A stretch of DNA of 62,384 nucleotides from a virus, in IMG/VR virus record IMGVR_UViG_3300022542_000881, positions 1-62,384 of that record. One strand, given 5' to 3'. Under the pieces are notes generated by a model, which was not told the DNA's origin, searched no databases, and worked only from the letters and a program-made list of their open reading frames with translations. Position 1 is the first letter of the stretch; each line of letters starts with the position of its first letter. A program made the position numbers and the translations under genes. Below, in pieces: positions 30,848 to 42,400 of this stretch.

Positions 30848-31294
30848 TCATATGTATACCAACTCTATATGAGGTAAGTCATGGAATACTTGATCAGTGA
30901 ATATATCATTCCTATTCCAGTCCAGTCCAAATCTTACATCGTGAGTAATTCGCTTGGCCCTGATAAGCCTATTGACTATCCCCCTGACTATCCCCATCAT
31001 AAAATAAAATCTGGCATAATTCTTTTCTGTAGGCTTAAATGGATCATAACCCTTTTTATAAGGAACTATATCCATGGCTTTAGATGGGTTAAAATTATGT
31101 TTACCTTTTATTGTGATACCATCAATCTGAGTTCTTGGAGGCTCCATGCTATATAATCTTTGTTGTTCAGCCACTGTACGATGTCCACATATAATACTAT
31201 GGTCATATTCTAGTAATAACTCAGTACCTATAAGTTGAAGATCAGGATCAAGAGTTATATAGTGCCTCATTGATCGTTTACCATAATGATACAT
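30848..31294 (-). CDS. Peptidase M15 (VanY / L-Ala-D-Glu peptidase-like) endolysin
   Basis: 148 aa. GHRTVAEQQRLY, KGKHNFNPSKAMDIVP (H..xxxD) and HDLPHIEL (DxxH.E) match zinc D,D/L,D-peptidase motifs. Confidence 0.7.
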   Translation of the reverse strand: MYHYGKRSMRHYITLDPDLQLIGTELLLEYDHSIICGHRTVAEQQRLYSMEPPRTQIDGITIKGKHNFNPSKAMDIVPYKKGYDPFKPTEKNYARFYFMMGIVRGIVNRLIRAKRITHDVRFGLDWNRNDIFTDQVFHDLPHIELVYI

Positions 31295-31704
31295 TATCTA
31301 CTTCCCCTTGGACAACAATCGGATTGACATTTCTCAAAAGAAGTCCATATATCGTTTTTCTCCAATCTCCAATTATCATAACACTGTTGAATGGACAATT
31401 TTCTTTCTTCCTTTTCATCAAATATAGCTTTTCTTCTGTCCTTTGATTCCTGATTAATTGCTGTTTTTCTATCTTTAACTTCTTGTTCAATATGCCCCAT
31501 TAAATCTATATCTTTATCCCGCATATATGATTTAAGATCTTGGTGTATATAAACAATAAGAGCCGCGATAACACCTAGACTTACAAATATTATAGAGGCT
31601 ATTGCAACAAGTAAAGGCCAATCAGAGGCCCCGGTTAGAGTATATTTATAATTAATCGATTTATCCAATACATCGATCAATTTATCGAATTGATTCGGTG
31701 TCAT
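31294..31704 (-). CDS. Single-pass membrane protein with a coiled-coil ectodomain (holin or i-spanin candidate)
   Basis: 136 aa. TM helix WPLLVAIASIIFVSLGVIAALIVYI followed by a charged helical region. Adjacent to the endolysin. Confidence 0.45.
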   Translation of the reverse strand: MTPNQFDKLIDVLDKSINYKYTLTGASDWPLLVAIASIIFVSLGVIAALIVYIHQDLKSYMRDKDIDLMGHIEQEVKDRKTAINQESKDRRKAIFDEKEERKLSIQQCYDNWRLEKNDIWTSFEKCQSDCCPRGSR

Positions 31705-32060
31705 TACTTCTTAGCTCTCTTATCGAATCCCCTAACATGGAAATGTTTTGACCTAATATTAGGTTCATTTGGAGAATAATCAGAAGAAAATCCATCTGCA
31801 TCATAAGCAGTTGCCCTATACCAATTCATTCTTGGTGGCGGTTCAGTTAATGAAAAATAACACATACCATCCGCATCAGGAATCGGTAGACCAACATCTA
31901 TCGCCGCTTCATATGGTCCACCTTGGACATTAGCCCAATGAATCCTATACCCAGCAGGATTATCAGTATTACAAATCCACTCAAAATTAATTGGCTCAAG
32001 GGCATTAGCAGTTGATATTGACATCATGATACCTAAAACTAAAAATAACAATTTTTTCAT
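31704..32060 (-). CDS. Secreted protein with a Sec-type signal peptide
   Basis: 118 aa. MKKLLFLVLGIMMSISTANA then LEP. There is no lipobox Cys. Beta-rich mature part. Confidence 0.5.
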   Translation of the reverse strand: MKKLLFLVLGIMMSISTANALEPINFEWICNTDNPAGYRIHWANVQGGPYEAAIDVGLPIPDADGMCYFSLTEPPPRMNWYRATAYDADGFSSDYSPNEPNIRSKHFHVRGFDKRAKK

Positions 32061-32069
32061 AATATTCTC

Positions 32070-34379
32070 CTATCTGTTAAATTTCGATCCACGTGCTATT
32101 TGTTTAAATTCAAGATTAACTTTTTCTTCACGTTCAAATTCAAAATTAACTTTTTCTTTACGTTTAAATTCTGGTGCGCCTATTAAACTTATATCATCTG
32201 CCCCGAATCGAATAAAAATTGCTCCATCGAATTCCTCGGTATAGGAACTGGTAATTTTTATTTTACCATCGAATATATCAGTATAGATATTAGTTACTAT
32301 AGTTTTACCATCAAATATACTAACATCAGTATCGGATATGGAAACTTTACCATCAAATATATTAACATCCGCTCCCACTAACGATACTACAACCTTACCA
32401 TCAAATTGAATAGTACTACTATCAAGTACCGTTGCTCTGCCATCAAAGATATCTGTATCTTTATTTAGTAAGGTGATTTTACCATCATATATCGTGGATT
32501 CAGTAAGATAAACAATGAATAAACCATCAAATAAATCAATATTGGAATCCTTGATCCGGGCTTTACCATCAAAAATATTGATATTAGTATTAAATATATA
32601 AGCACGACCATCAAAAATGCCTATATCAGAGGTAGCTATTATTGCTTTACCATCAAATAATGTAGTTTCTACGTCCTTTACAGTAATAGTACCATCAAAT
32701 AATGTGGTTTCTACGTCCTTGATCTGGGTTTTACCATCAAATAATGCAGTTTCTACGTCCTTGATCTGGGTTTTACCATCAAATAGATTAATATTGGAAT
32801 TAGCTACAACCGCCCGACCATCAAATATTGTAGTCTCTTCGTCTTTAATAGTTATAGTGCCATCAAACGGATCTACAGACCAACTATATATTAAAGCTTT
32901 GCCGTCAAAAATATCAGTATTAGAATCCTTTACCGTAACCAGACCATCAAATAAATCGATATCTATCAAAAACACTATAACCCTGCCATCAAAGATATCA
33001 GTATTTTCGTCCAGTATATTAATTTTACCATCATAAATATCTGTATCAGATCCGACTACCGTTACGAATACTTTACCATCAAATACCGTGGATATATCAT
33101 CCTTTACAACAATTTTACCATCAAATACTATAGTTTCTGTATTATATATGAATAAATCGCCATCAAATAAGCCAATATCAAAGTCTTTTATTTGAGTACG
33201 ACCATCGAATATATTAGTATTAACATTTGCTACAACTACTTTACCATCAAATATTGTAGTTTCTATATCCTTTATTTGGGTTTTCCCATCAAATAAATCA
33301 GTATCCACATCAAGTATTTGAGTTTTCCCATCAAAAAGAGTAGTTTCTACGCCCTTGATCTGGGTTTTCCCATCAAATAAATTAGTATCAGTAAAATAAA
33401 TATTTAATAATCCATCAAATAAATTAGTTACATCGACAATTACTTCAACCAATCCATCAAATAGATCGATATCCTCGTCAAGTATCCGTGTTTTACCATC
33501 AAATAGATTAGTAACGGTGTTAGCTACTATAGCAAGGCCATCAAATAAATTAGTATCCTTATTGAGTATCTGGGTTTTACCATCAAATAAATTAGTATCC
33601 TCATTAAGTATCTGGGTTTTACCATCAAATAGATCGGTATTTGCGTCCTTTATTTGTGCTCGACCATCAAATAATGTGGTTTCTACGTCCTTGATCTGGG
33701 TTTTACCATCAAATAGATTGGTATTTATGTACTTTATTTGTGTCCGACCATCAAATAGATCAGTATCTGAGTTTTTGATAATGATCTTACAGTCAAATAG
33801 ATCAGTATCAGTTGAAACTGCAACAACCGTTCCACCACCAAAATCATCAATACGGCCTGTTATTTTACTTATTGCTGCAGCAATATAATTAGCACCTGAA
33901 TACGTAGAATCTGTAGCACTTATTACACTGGCCCAACTCCCACCATATGTTCCGTATATTTTAATAGCAGAACCAACAGCTTCGATCCCGAATTTATCAC
34001 CTAGTATAGCATTTGCATAGTAAATAGATCCTAATTGAGTATATACTCCTGCATCAAACCGCTCTAAATAGGCTTCGTCAGTCCCTGCTTTTTGTATAAA
34101 AGACCCACGATAACCATTATTCCCAGATATGTCATAGCGAACATAAAAATAAATACCGTTATTATTACCTGGTGCGGCAGTAAGCGTGATATAACATTCA
34201 CAGTCAGGTCCATAAGTAGCAACATTATAATAAGTAATATTATAAGCATTGGCATCACCAGCACATACATTAGTATCAACCTTTAAGCCATTAAAAATAT
34301 CAGTCCAGCTAGAGCTTGGAGGCGGACCTTCATCAGATCGATTAAAATTATCGAGTATGGAAGTGGTTGGAAATGCCAT
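32070..34379 (-). CDS. Tail fibre / receptor-binding protein built from about 38 tandem 14-aa repeats
   Basis: 769 aa. An N-terminal ~190-aa globular, jelly-roll-like domain is followed by repeats of consensus (D/E)T(D/N/T)LFDGKTQIKD. Confidence 0.65.
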   Translation of the reverse strand: MAFPTTSILDNFNRSDEGPPPSSSWTDIFNGLKVDTNVCAGDANAYNITYYNVATYGPDCECYITLTAAPGNNNGIYFYVRYDISGNNGYRGSFIQKAGTDEAYLERFDAGVYTQLGSIYYANAILGDKFGIEAVGSAIKIYGTYGGSWASVISATDSTYSGANYIAAAISKITGRIDDFGGGTVVAVSTDTDLFDCKIIIKNSDTDLFDGRTQIKYINTNLFDGKTQIKDVETTLFDGRAQIKDANTDLFDGKTQILNEDTNLFDGKTQILNKDTNLFDGLAIVANTVTNLFDGKTRILDEDIDLFDGLVEVIVDVTNLFDGLLNIYFTDTNLFDGKTQIKGVETTLFDGKTQILDVDTDLFDGKTQIKDIETTIFDGKVVVANVNTNIFDGRTQIKDFDIGLFDGDLFIYNTETIVFDGKIVVKDDISTVFDGKVFVTVVGSDTDIYDGKINILDENTDIFDGRVIVFLIDIDLFDGLVTVKDSNTDIFDGKALIYSWSVDPFDGTITIKDEETTIFDGRAVVANSNINLFDGKTQIKDVETALFDGKTQIKDVETTLFDGTITVKDVETTLFDGKAIIATSDIGIFDGRAYIFNTNINIFDGKARIKDSNIDLFDGLFIVYLTESTIYDGKITLLNKDTDIFDGRATVLDSSTIQFDGKVVVSLVGADVNIFDGKVSISDTDVSIFDGKTIVTNIYTDIFDGKIKITSSYTEEFDGAIFIRFGADDISLIGAPEFKRKEKVNFEFEREEKVNLEFKQIARGSKFNR
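32205..33812. repeat. In-frame 42-bp tandem repeat array inside the fibre gene
   Basis: The plus strand shows ACCATCAAA recurring every 42 nt, with two 48-nt units. About 38 copies. Confidence 0.85.
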
Positions 34380-34385
34380 TTTATA

Positions 34386-34601
34386 TCACCGGACTTGAGC
34401 TATGCAATCACAATTTGTTAAAGGTTCTTCACAAAAAGCACAATAACCAAAGTCTTTACATGCTTTCACGTAATCCACCCACATGGCATCTTTCTTATCT
34501 CCGGCTTCTATTTCAGCTTCTCGTATCTTTAACCAAATATTTTTCTGTCTTTTAGCTAAAATTCGCAGTTTGGTAAGTTTTGGATTTACCGGTATTGTCA
34601 T
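34386..34601 (-). CDS. Cys-rich small protein
   Basis: 71 aa. C-terminal CKDFGYCAFCEEPLTNCDC. Confidence 0.5.
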   Translation of the reverse strand: MTIPVNPKLTKLRILAKRQKNIWLKIREAEIEAGDKKDAMWVDYVKACKDFGYCAFCEEPLTNCDCIAQVR

Positions 34602-35092
34602 AATGTTATCCTTACATCAATTAATTCAACGTCTTCACATGGGATAGGAGTCCTATCAAATATGATAGTTCCATTATCATTGCGTGGTGGGATTCTTTTT
34701 GTAGCCATAAACTTTAACACATCTCGCAGGGTACTTGCTCCTAAATCATTACCTAAAGAATCTTTAATCTCCTGAATGGTATACCCTTGATCAAGCATCT
34801 CGTCTTTTAAAGCGTTTTTAACTCCTGTAGAAAGATCAGATAAAGATTCTCCAAGTAAATCCTTTGGAAGTCTTTTAAAAATAGAATCAAGAGTAAGTAG
34901 GGTGGTTTCTTCTGCCAAGACTTTAACAATTGCCCGATCTCCAAGAATTTCAACCTCACTCCACTTTCCGCTATCTATATATATGATCTGTTGAGAATAA
35001 TCATCCATGGCACAATAACGTTGTAGTTCAGGTTGCTCAGGATTTTCTGGGCGTAGTTTATATGGAACGATATACCAAGAGGTCTTTTTCAT
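34598..35092 (-). CDS. Hypothetical virion-module protein
   Basis: 164 aa. ATGA overlaps. Confidence 0.55.
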   Translation of the reverse strand: MKKTSWYIVPYKLRPENPEQPELQRYCAMDDYSQQIIYIDSGKWSEVEILGDRAIVKVLAEETTLLTLDSIFKRLPKDLLGESLSDLSTGVKNALKDEMLDQGYTIQEIKDSLGNDLGASTLRDVLKFMATKRIPPRNDNGTIIFDRTPIPCEDVELIDVRITL

Positions 35093-35490
35093 CTTATTTT
35101 TACCCTATCTAAGATTGCGGGGTGCACATGGTTTATTAAAGCCTTGACAGTCATGGTGTAATTTTTTACGAACTGTCCGGTCTTGAAGTCGATATCAGTA
35201 AGGTAGCAGATAATCCCATCGGTCCAACCCACAGTCCACAGATGTATCCGTTTTATGGTTTTATCTGGTTGAGCTATCTGTCCTCCCCATCTAAAATTCA
35301 TGAATCCAACAAATCCTTCTTGATCGGAATTAAATTCATGGACATTACCTTTAATCTTAACAAGGATCTTTATTACACGATCCCACGCCACATCTCGCCA
35401 GTTTATTTGGCGGGAGTCCATCACTTGACCATCATCAAGGATGAACTCCTCCCATTGTTGTTTATATTCATTATCTAAATGTTTCTTCAC
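35089..35490 (-). CDS. Hypothetical virion-module protein
   Basis: 133 aa. Confidence 0.55.
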   Translation of the reverse strand: MKKHLDNEYKQQWEEFILDDGQVMDSRQINWRDVAWDRVIKILVKIKGNVHEFNSDQEGFVGFMNFRWGGQIAQPDKTIKRIHLWTVGWTDGIICYLTDIDFKTGQFVKNYTMTVKALINHVHPAILDRVKIR

Positions 35491-35529
35491 AATTCCTCCT
35501 TATTGTTTATACTTTATCCACAACTCCTA

Positions 35530-36108
35530 TTATGAATAAGCGTATTTAAAAGAAAATTGAAGTTCATAACCGGCATCAGTACCCTTATATGTACCAGTAG
35601 TCTCACCAGAAGCAATAGCCGCATACATGGCCCAGAAAACAACATCATCAGATGTGGTAGAAAGAACCATGCTTGAACCTTCGTCCGAAGGATAAACATT
35701 AATAGCACCCGGCTCAGTCTCAACCATTGTCGCCCAAGTATAAGAACCTATAACTGCATTAACTATATAATTTTCAGTAAGACTCGGGGACCCCTGATCA
35801 GCACCGGAAATTGGTTGTACTTTGATAACGGAACCAGCTATATCAAAACCATTATCTGATAACCATAATTTGAACGTATCAACCGCCGTATTACCACCAT
35901 CAGCCGTAACATCCCAGAGCATGTGAAGAACTCCGGAATTATTGGCACCACCTGAAATATCAACGGTACCAAAATCCGCCTCGTTACCTACCCCTGTCGT
36001 AATTACTGACTCACCTGTAATAGCCGCAAGTCTCTCTGACGCTTGATCAACTGCCGCTACTGCTGTGTCATTAGGTATCAGCCTAAACCTCGTCGTTGGA
36101 ACTGCCAT
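35530..36108 (-). CDS. Hypothetical structural protein
   Basis: 192 aa with beta-rich, Gly/Thr/Ala-rich composition. Confidence 0.55.
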   Translation of the reverse strand: MAVPTTRFRLIPNDTAVAAVDQASERLAAITGESVITTGVGNEADFGTVDISGGANNSGVLHMLWDVTADGGNTAVDTFKLWLSDNGFDIAGSVIKVQPISGADQGSPSLTENYIVNAVIGSYTWATMVETEPGAINVYPSDEGSSMVLSTTSDDVVFWAMYAAIASGETTGTYKGTDAGYELQFSFKYAYS

Positions 36109-36123
36109 AATTTTACCTCGCTT

Positions 36124-36429
36124 TTAAGTTTCTTTGACGATTATTTTACCGTCTATTTCCCATTTGTTGCCTGTACTTGTTATAATCCTTATGGTAAATA
36201 CATAGGGACTTAATATTTCTACTCCATTTTGTATTCTTACGTAATACTTAAATCCATCAATGTAATCTGACCCGGATTCAATAACGGAAGATGTAACATC
36301 ATTACCTGATTTATCCCTACAAGTGACAACACCATTTTGTATAGTTTCACCTGTAACCATAGATTTAGTAAAATTTCCAAATACAAAATATTTTTCGTAT
36401 GATTGTTTTTTAGTACTTTCTAATGTCAT
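36124..36429 (-). CDS. Hypothetical structural protein
   Basis: 101 aa. First gene behind the internal promoter at 36451-36479. Confidence 0.55.
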   Translation of the reverse strand: MTLESTKKQSYEKYFVFGNFTKSMVTGETIQNGVVTCRDKSGNDVTSSVIESGSDYIDGFKYYVRIQNGVEILSPYVFTIRIITSTGNKWEIDGKIIVKET

Positions 36430-36450
36430 ACTTTTACCTCAGTTTCTTTA

Positions 36451-36479
36451 ATTAAAACACAAAAACAGCCCCGTGTCAA
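36451..36479 (-). promoter_or_regulatory. Sigma70-type promoter internal to the late arm
   Basis: Minus strand reads TTGACA (36479-36474), 17-nt spacer ending TGTGT, TTTAAT (36456-36451). The TGA stop of the 2419-aa gene lies inside the -35 box. Confidence 0.55.
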
Positions 36480-39400
36480 GGGGTTTTAACCAAACGTGAT
36501 CTACTTTTGAATTTCTTTTTATACCATTTAGAAGCTTCATTCAACTTTCTTCTTTCTTCCTTGGTTAAAGTCTTATAAAATTTAGATCTTATGTCCTTAG
36601 GCAAACCACCCGTTGGTTCTGATAATTTAAGAGATATTTTTTTACCCCTAATAGAACCGCCAAGATCATAATATCTTTCTAAATGTTTACCGGCCAAATC
36701 TAAATCACTGAATCTAAGGGATTGCTTGTAGTAATACAAAGCCTTTGATTTAGTACTCGGGATATGTGATGGTCTTTCTCCTTTTTCTTCTTTTACAAAA
36801 TCATTAACCTTTTTCCTTATTTGAAAATATGCTGCTTCCCCTGGGTCAACATTGTACCATAATCTAGATGTAAAATCCCCCTGCATACCCCTAGTAGGGA
36901 TACCCATAGCCCTTCTGGTTATAAGTTCTAAAGAGAATGTTCTAAAGATATGATCCCATTTATTATAAATTGGACGTGGATTCCATATATCGGGATAAAA
37001 ACTCTTACCCGCAAGTGCTTCACCCGTAGTTTTAACTATAGGTCGTGCGCCCCCTACTAATCTGTTACTAAATGAAGATCCGGCCTCAACTACTTTTTTC
37101 ATGGGACCTATTTCTCCACTTGCAACATCGGCGATATCATATTCAAGATCTTCACCACCAAACCAACCAAGTGCATCACGGAAAGCACCTGATATTGGTA
37201 AATACCTAACACTTCCATCCGGATTTCTACCCAAGAGTATGTGCATCTTACGTCTTTGATCAGGTGTTAAATCTCTTTCTTCATCTCCAAAGAAAGTAAA
37301 ATTCCACAGGGCTATTGTAGCAGAGAATGCCATAAATCTACCTGCAATACCAGTAGCCTTCTTTGCAGTCTGCCATGATATAGTTTTTGCAATACTCTTA
37401 CTATCCCTTCCTTCAGCCTTTGCATTGGCCATCATTCGGTAATACCTGGGAGCATTGATCTCCATCCAGGAATAAAATGGTATAAGGTTATTACGAATAT
37501 AATCACCAGTTTCAGTAAGTCTACCATAATCACCCAATAATTCACGAGATAACTTTGCCGCTTTCTCGATAGGATCTACGATATCATCAATATCTGCAGG
37601 ATTTGAGGCACCATATATTGCTTTTTCTCCTGACTCTATTCTATCCCTAAAATAACGGAATGCGGCAAGTCTAAGAGTGTTCTCCCTCATGTTGTTTAAG
37701 GCCCTGGTATTATCCATCCACCATGCAAAGGGTCTAGTTACCTTATTAATCGCCCCTGGCTTTGGACCTTCCATTATAGCCCTAAAATCAGAATCTATGT
37801 CCTGTACTTCATGGAGCACAAAACCAGATCCTATAACATCATGTTCATAAGCCAATTTCAGTTCTTCATGTAATTCTGGGGATACACCTTTTGCCCCCTT
37901 CTCTGATGAAAATGCTTTAGCTCCTATATTTTTAGTATCTGCCCTAACATCAGAGAATGCTTGTCTCGTATACTTCATTATACGGTGATCATAAGCAACC
38001 ACGGCATCCAAGTCACCGGACATATTATTTGTTGAATATCTAAAGAATCGAAAGGGATTCATCAATGTCCATTTCTTCCAGGTATTAATAAAACTTCTAC
38101 TTATACCTTCCAATCCACCTGTTTCGGCAACAGGGACTTGTAATTTCTTAAGTGTATCAGCAACTTCATTTGGTACTATCCATGTTTCATCAGGACGCCT
38201 AACAGTACCAAGTATTAAATCATCAAAGGTTATTTTTTCATTCTCAAGTATCTTTTTAATGGTTTTCTCAGGAACAGTATGTATCATACCCCAATTCATA
38301 TTAGGATCTGGTTTAAATACTGAAAATCCTGGGGTTTCTTTTAATGTTGCTTGCCAATCTACTTTACCAAGACCCCATTTATCGGCTTCGGCTTTTGCTT
38401 TAGCTACAACACTTGGGAAGATATCATATTTTCTCCTTATATCCATCTTTATTTTCTTAGCCGCAATAGCTTCATGAGCCTGTGAAAGCATCTCATATTC
38501 AGATGACAAATATTCGGTATTATAATCCTCAAGGCTACCCTGTCGGGCTTTAAATGATGATTTTCTTTGGTTTCTTACAGATTGTTGCTGATTAAACATT
38601 ATAAATGTATCTTCCCTTGCCATATGTTCAAGTACCTGATGATGAAAATAATTCTGATCAGTAAGTACTCTTTCAGGGAGAAGACCTAAATCAACTAACT
38701 CTTCCTGTACTATCTTTAATTGTGAACGACGGGTAGCTAAAGCTTTCATTAATCTTGGGGATTTCCTAGCTTGTCCCTGAAAATGCCTTAAACTATCTTT
38801 TACTTCCGCTATCGTATTAAAGTTAAAGGGTAACCATCCATCATCAAGTAACGATTCACCATTTTTATCTAATTGGGCATCCCTAAGAATATCAGTCAAC
38901 ACTAATACTCTACTGAATACCTCACGCTCAGCAGTATCAAGACCTTTTACATTAGTATATACTGTATCCCATGCCTTATATGCACCCTGCCGGGATGTAT
39001 TTTTAAGTAGACGTAACCAATTTTTTAATTGACCAAATTTTCCAGGCCTTAACTCTGCATGAGCACTGGTGGATTTTTTAAATATTTCATCAGCCTTACG
39101 TTTAACTCTATCCATCCATGTATCTGGATTAAGTTTAGCAGAAATCATCCTACTTTCAACATCGGGATTGGGATCTTTAACATCAAGACCATATGCATTA
39201 TCTTTACGAGAGAATTTAAATACGGGTTTCTCTGCTTCCTGTTCATTGATTTCATCTTCTATTGCAGATATCTTATTCTCTATTGCAAGGCTTTTACCCT
39301 CATTCTCTGTAGTAGTTAATTCATCATAAAGGGCTTCCAATTGTTCCTCAAGATTAACTTCATCTTCCGGACGACCAAGACTATCCCTTATTGTACTATT

Positions 39401-42400
39401 TATATCAGCCATTTGTTCTTCTACTAATTCCTCAAGTTCTTTTTTCCTGGCCTTTTTGGGTATAAATCGTGGTTTAGAATCTTCCTTCTCCCCCTCAACA
39501 GGACTAGTAGCAGTAGCCGCGCTTTTAACCATTACTGGTTTAAATCCAGGAACCTTTTCTTTTACTTCCATGGAGATATTTATAGAATCATTAACTGATA
39601 ATCCTTCTAATTCTCCCTCTACTATTTGTCTTTCCGCTTGTTCACGAAGTAGTCTTATTCTATTTGATAAAGACTCTATCTTTTTGGTGGCTCTAGCAGA
39701 ATTTAATTTTCGTAAGTCTTTAATATGATTAATAGTTGATACAACATCTTGTATAGTTTTATTATATTCCTCCAATCCTTGGGGTATTTCCTTTGGCCCA
39801 GGTCCTTTTTCCAAGTCAAGGAATACTTGAGTAACTTTCAACTTAGGCTTGGGCTTCTTCTTGGCTGTCGGGGCGGCGGGGGCCTCAGGTACCGGAGCGG
39901 CTGTCGGCGGCGTAGGAGCGGCAACGGGAAGCGCAACCTCGGCCTGCTCAGGCGTCAGACCCTGCTCGGCTAGCCGGGCCTTAGCATCAAGGTCTACTTT
40001 AGCTTCCAATTCCTCTGCTTCTTTTTCCCGTTTATCATACTCTTCTTGAGCATCTTTAGATATTTGTTCAGGGGTCCTCCCTGTCATTTCTATTAGATCA
40101 GTTTCAAGTTGATCAGTTTCCTTATGTAATATATCAACTACCCTGGCATCTTTTCTATGACGAGTACGAACACCATCATCCTCCATCATCTGGATTCTGC
40201 CCCTTAGCATATCAATTCTTTCGGGATCAGTTTCTTCCCTTAGTCTAGTTTTAATATATATATAATCATCATACTCTTCAAGACTATCAAAAGCATTTTC
40301 ACGGAAACTATCAACTCTATTAAGGACAAATGCTAATCTATGTAATTTATCAGCTATTGGATCTGTAGTAGGTTCTTCTACCTCTACACCGGCCTCTTTT
40401 TCGGATGCATAGAAATAATCAACATTAGCTCTGGCCTGTTGCATTTGATATTCTGCCTCAGTCGCCAATTCATCTGCAGTAGCTATATCACCCTCGTCAG
40501 CTTTTTCCCTTACAAGAGTATCAAATTTATTCTTAGCCTCATCATAGGCGGTTTTAGCTTCAATGGCTACATTAGGATCTATAGTACCACCGGCATCAAC
40601 TATTCTTTTTGTTTCTGCATCGGCATCAATTTCAGGTCTTTCTATTAATCCCCTAGATTCTGCTATAGCGGCATCAAATACGTCTTTAAGATCCCTAGTT
40701 ATATTACGAAGTTCTACCATCTTGGCAAAATCAACATCAGATTCAGATTCTTTATATCTACGTTTTACTTCACGATATTGTTTACGTGCGGATTTCCATT
40801 CCTTCTCTGCTTCTTTTACAAAACCAGGCATCATTTGTACTTGACCCCTGATTCTCATAGAAACATCTGCAGTTGGTAATATAGTAATATCTGGCTCTTT
40901 TCCTTCAATCACTCTTATATGACTTATAACAGCCCCGCCTTTCACCCCACCCCTATTCATACTAGATTGTGGGAAGAAATATGAATTATTACCCATACCA
41001 GTAAATAACATTCTTTCTACAAAAAATGGATGGGAATCTCCAGTACCGATGGCAATTACCTTTTTCTTTGCGTCCCTGGCATATGAAAGTAATTGGATAA
41101 GAGCTTTCGTAAATTCAGTTTCATCAGGTTCATATGCATATCTATCGATATATATGGCATTCTCATCTTCCCTTATACCTATAGATGCACCCTCACCAAC
41201 GATAAAGTTAGAATACCTATCACCTATCTTATCTATCGTGGTAGCTTCAATACCAAGTTTAGATTGCATATGTTCAACAGCACCTATTTCCCCTATATAG
41301 GCACGGGTTACATTAGTAAGAGTAGATTGTAAATTATCTATATTGTTAAAAAAATCTTTTGAAATAATATCATTACCAATAACATTCTTATTACTGATAA
41401 TTTTATCTATAATTTCTTTAAGTGCCGATAACACTTTCTCAAAATGAGTGGGGTCTGAGGAATGTAAATTATCCCAAAATTTCATTGAATTGAACTGATC
41501 TCCAACGAAATCAGCCAACATTTCCTCTTCTACTGCTACAGTTGCGGCTCCTTGACCCTCTCTCTTATAGGCATCCCTTAATTTTTGTTCATATTTAGAT
41601 TTAGCTTCCTTACTCATACCCTCTTGGGCTACGGTCATTAAAGTATTAAAAGCATCAGGATCGCTATTTTTTAAGGAATGTGTAAACTCGTGACCGAGAA
41701 CCCATTGAGCAGTTTTATCATTATTTTCGTTCATAAACAGAACATTAGGATTGGCAGGAGAAAACCCACCATTTATAGGCATAGCACCTTCATTGTTTTC
41801 TCTAAATCGTACTATCCTTACCCCAAATAAAGTTGCTATAGCATCTGCAACATGATCTTGTTCTGAACGTTTTTCACTTATAGTTATATCACTTTCGCTA
41901 TAAACGTTGGAATCTTTTGATTGAGTATTAACACCTTCCTGTAACTCAGAAACCAATTGTACATCAGCGATATCTTCTACAGGTACTTCTCCAGGAGCTA
42001 ATTCCTTAGGGGGTATTCTTTTTATGGGTTCTTCTGCTTTAGGTATCTCACCAGTTTTATTTATTTCATCTATGAATTTTGAATCTTCTTTATCCTTGAT
42101 ATCATCGGATATATCTTTAATTTCTTCTGTGGTGAATTCCTTTTTATCAGCCTTGTCCCATTGTTCCTTGGTAAGAGTACCCTGCCTAAGTGCTAGCATT
42201 ATCTTTGGTTTATCTGGTTCAGCTAATTTAACAGAATCCCCAAATGCAGCCTTCTCTAATTCGGATGCATCATCTTCAATTTTCTTTGCTTCGACCTGTT
42301 CCCTTAATTGTATGAGTAGTCCATCTCTTTGGGTATTAAGATCTTCCAATTGCGCTTGTGCGGCAACATCATCAGGTTTTCTTTTAAGATGGACTTCAAG

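Noticed and set aside
32205-33812. CRISPR-like appearance of regularly spaced ACCATCAAA repeats
   Set aside because: The period is 42 nt with no repeat/spacer alternation. The whole array is one in-frame minus-strand coding sequence (14-aa protein repeats), and there are no cas genes.
32617-33888. Plus-strand ORFs 32617-33036 and 33517-33888 (PSNNVVSTS... repeats)
   Set aside because: They are the antisense reading of the fibre repeat array. The periodic sequence simply lacks stops in that frame.
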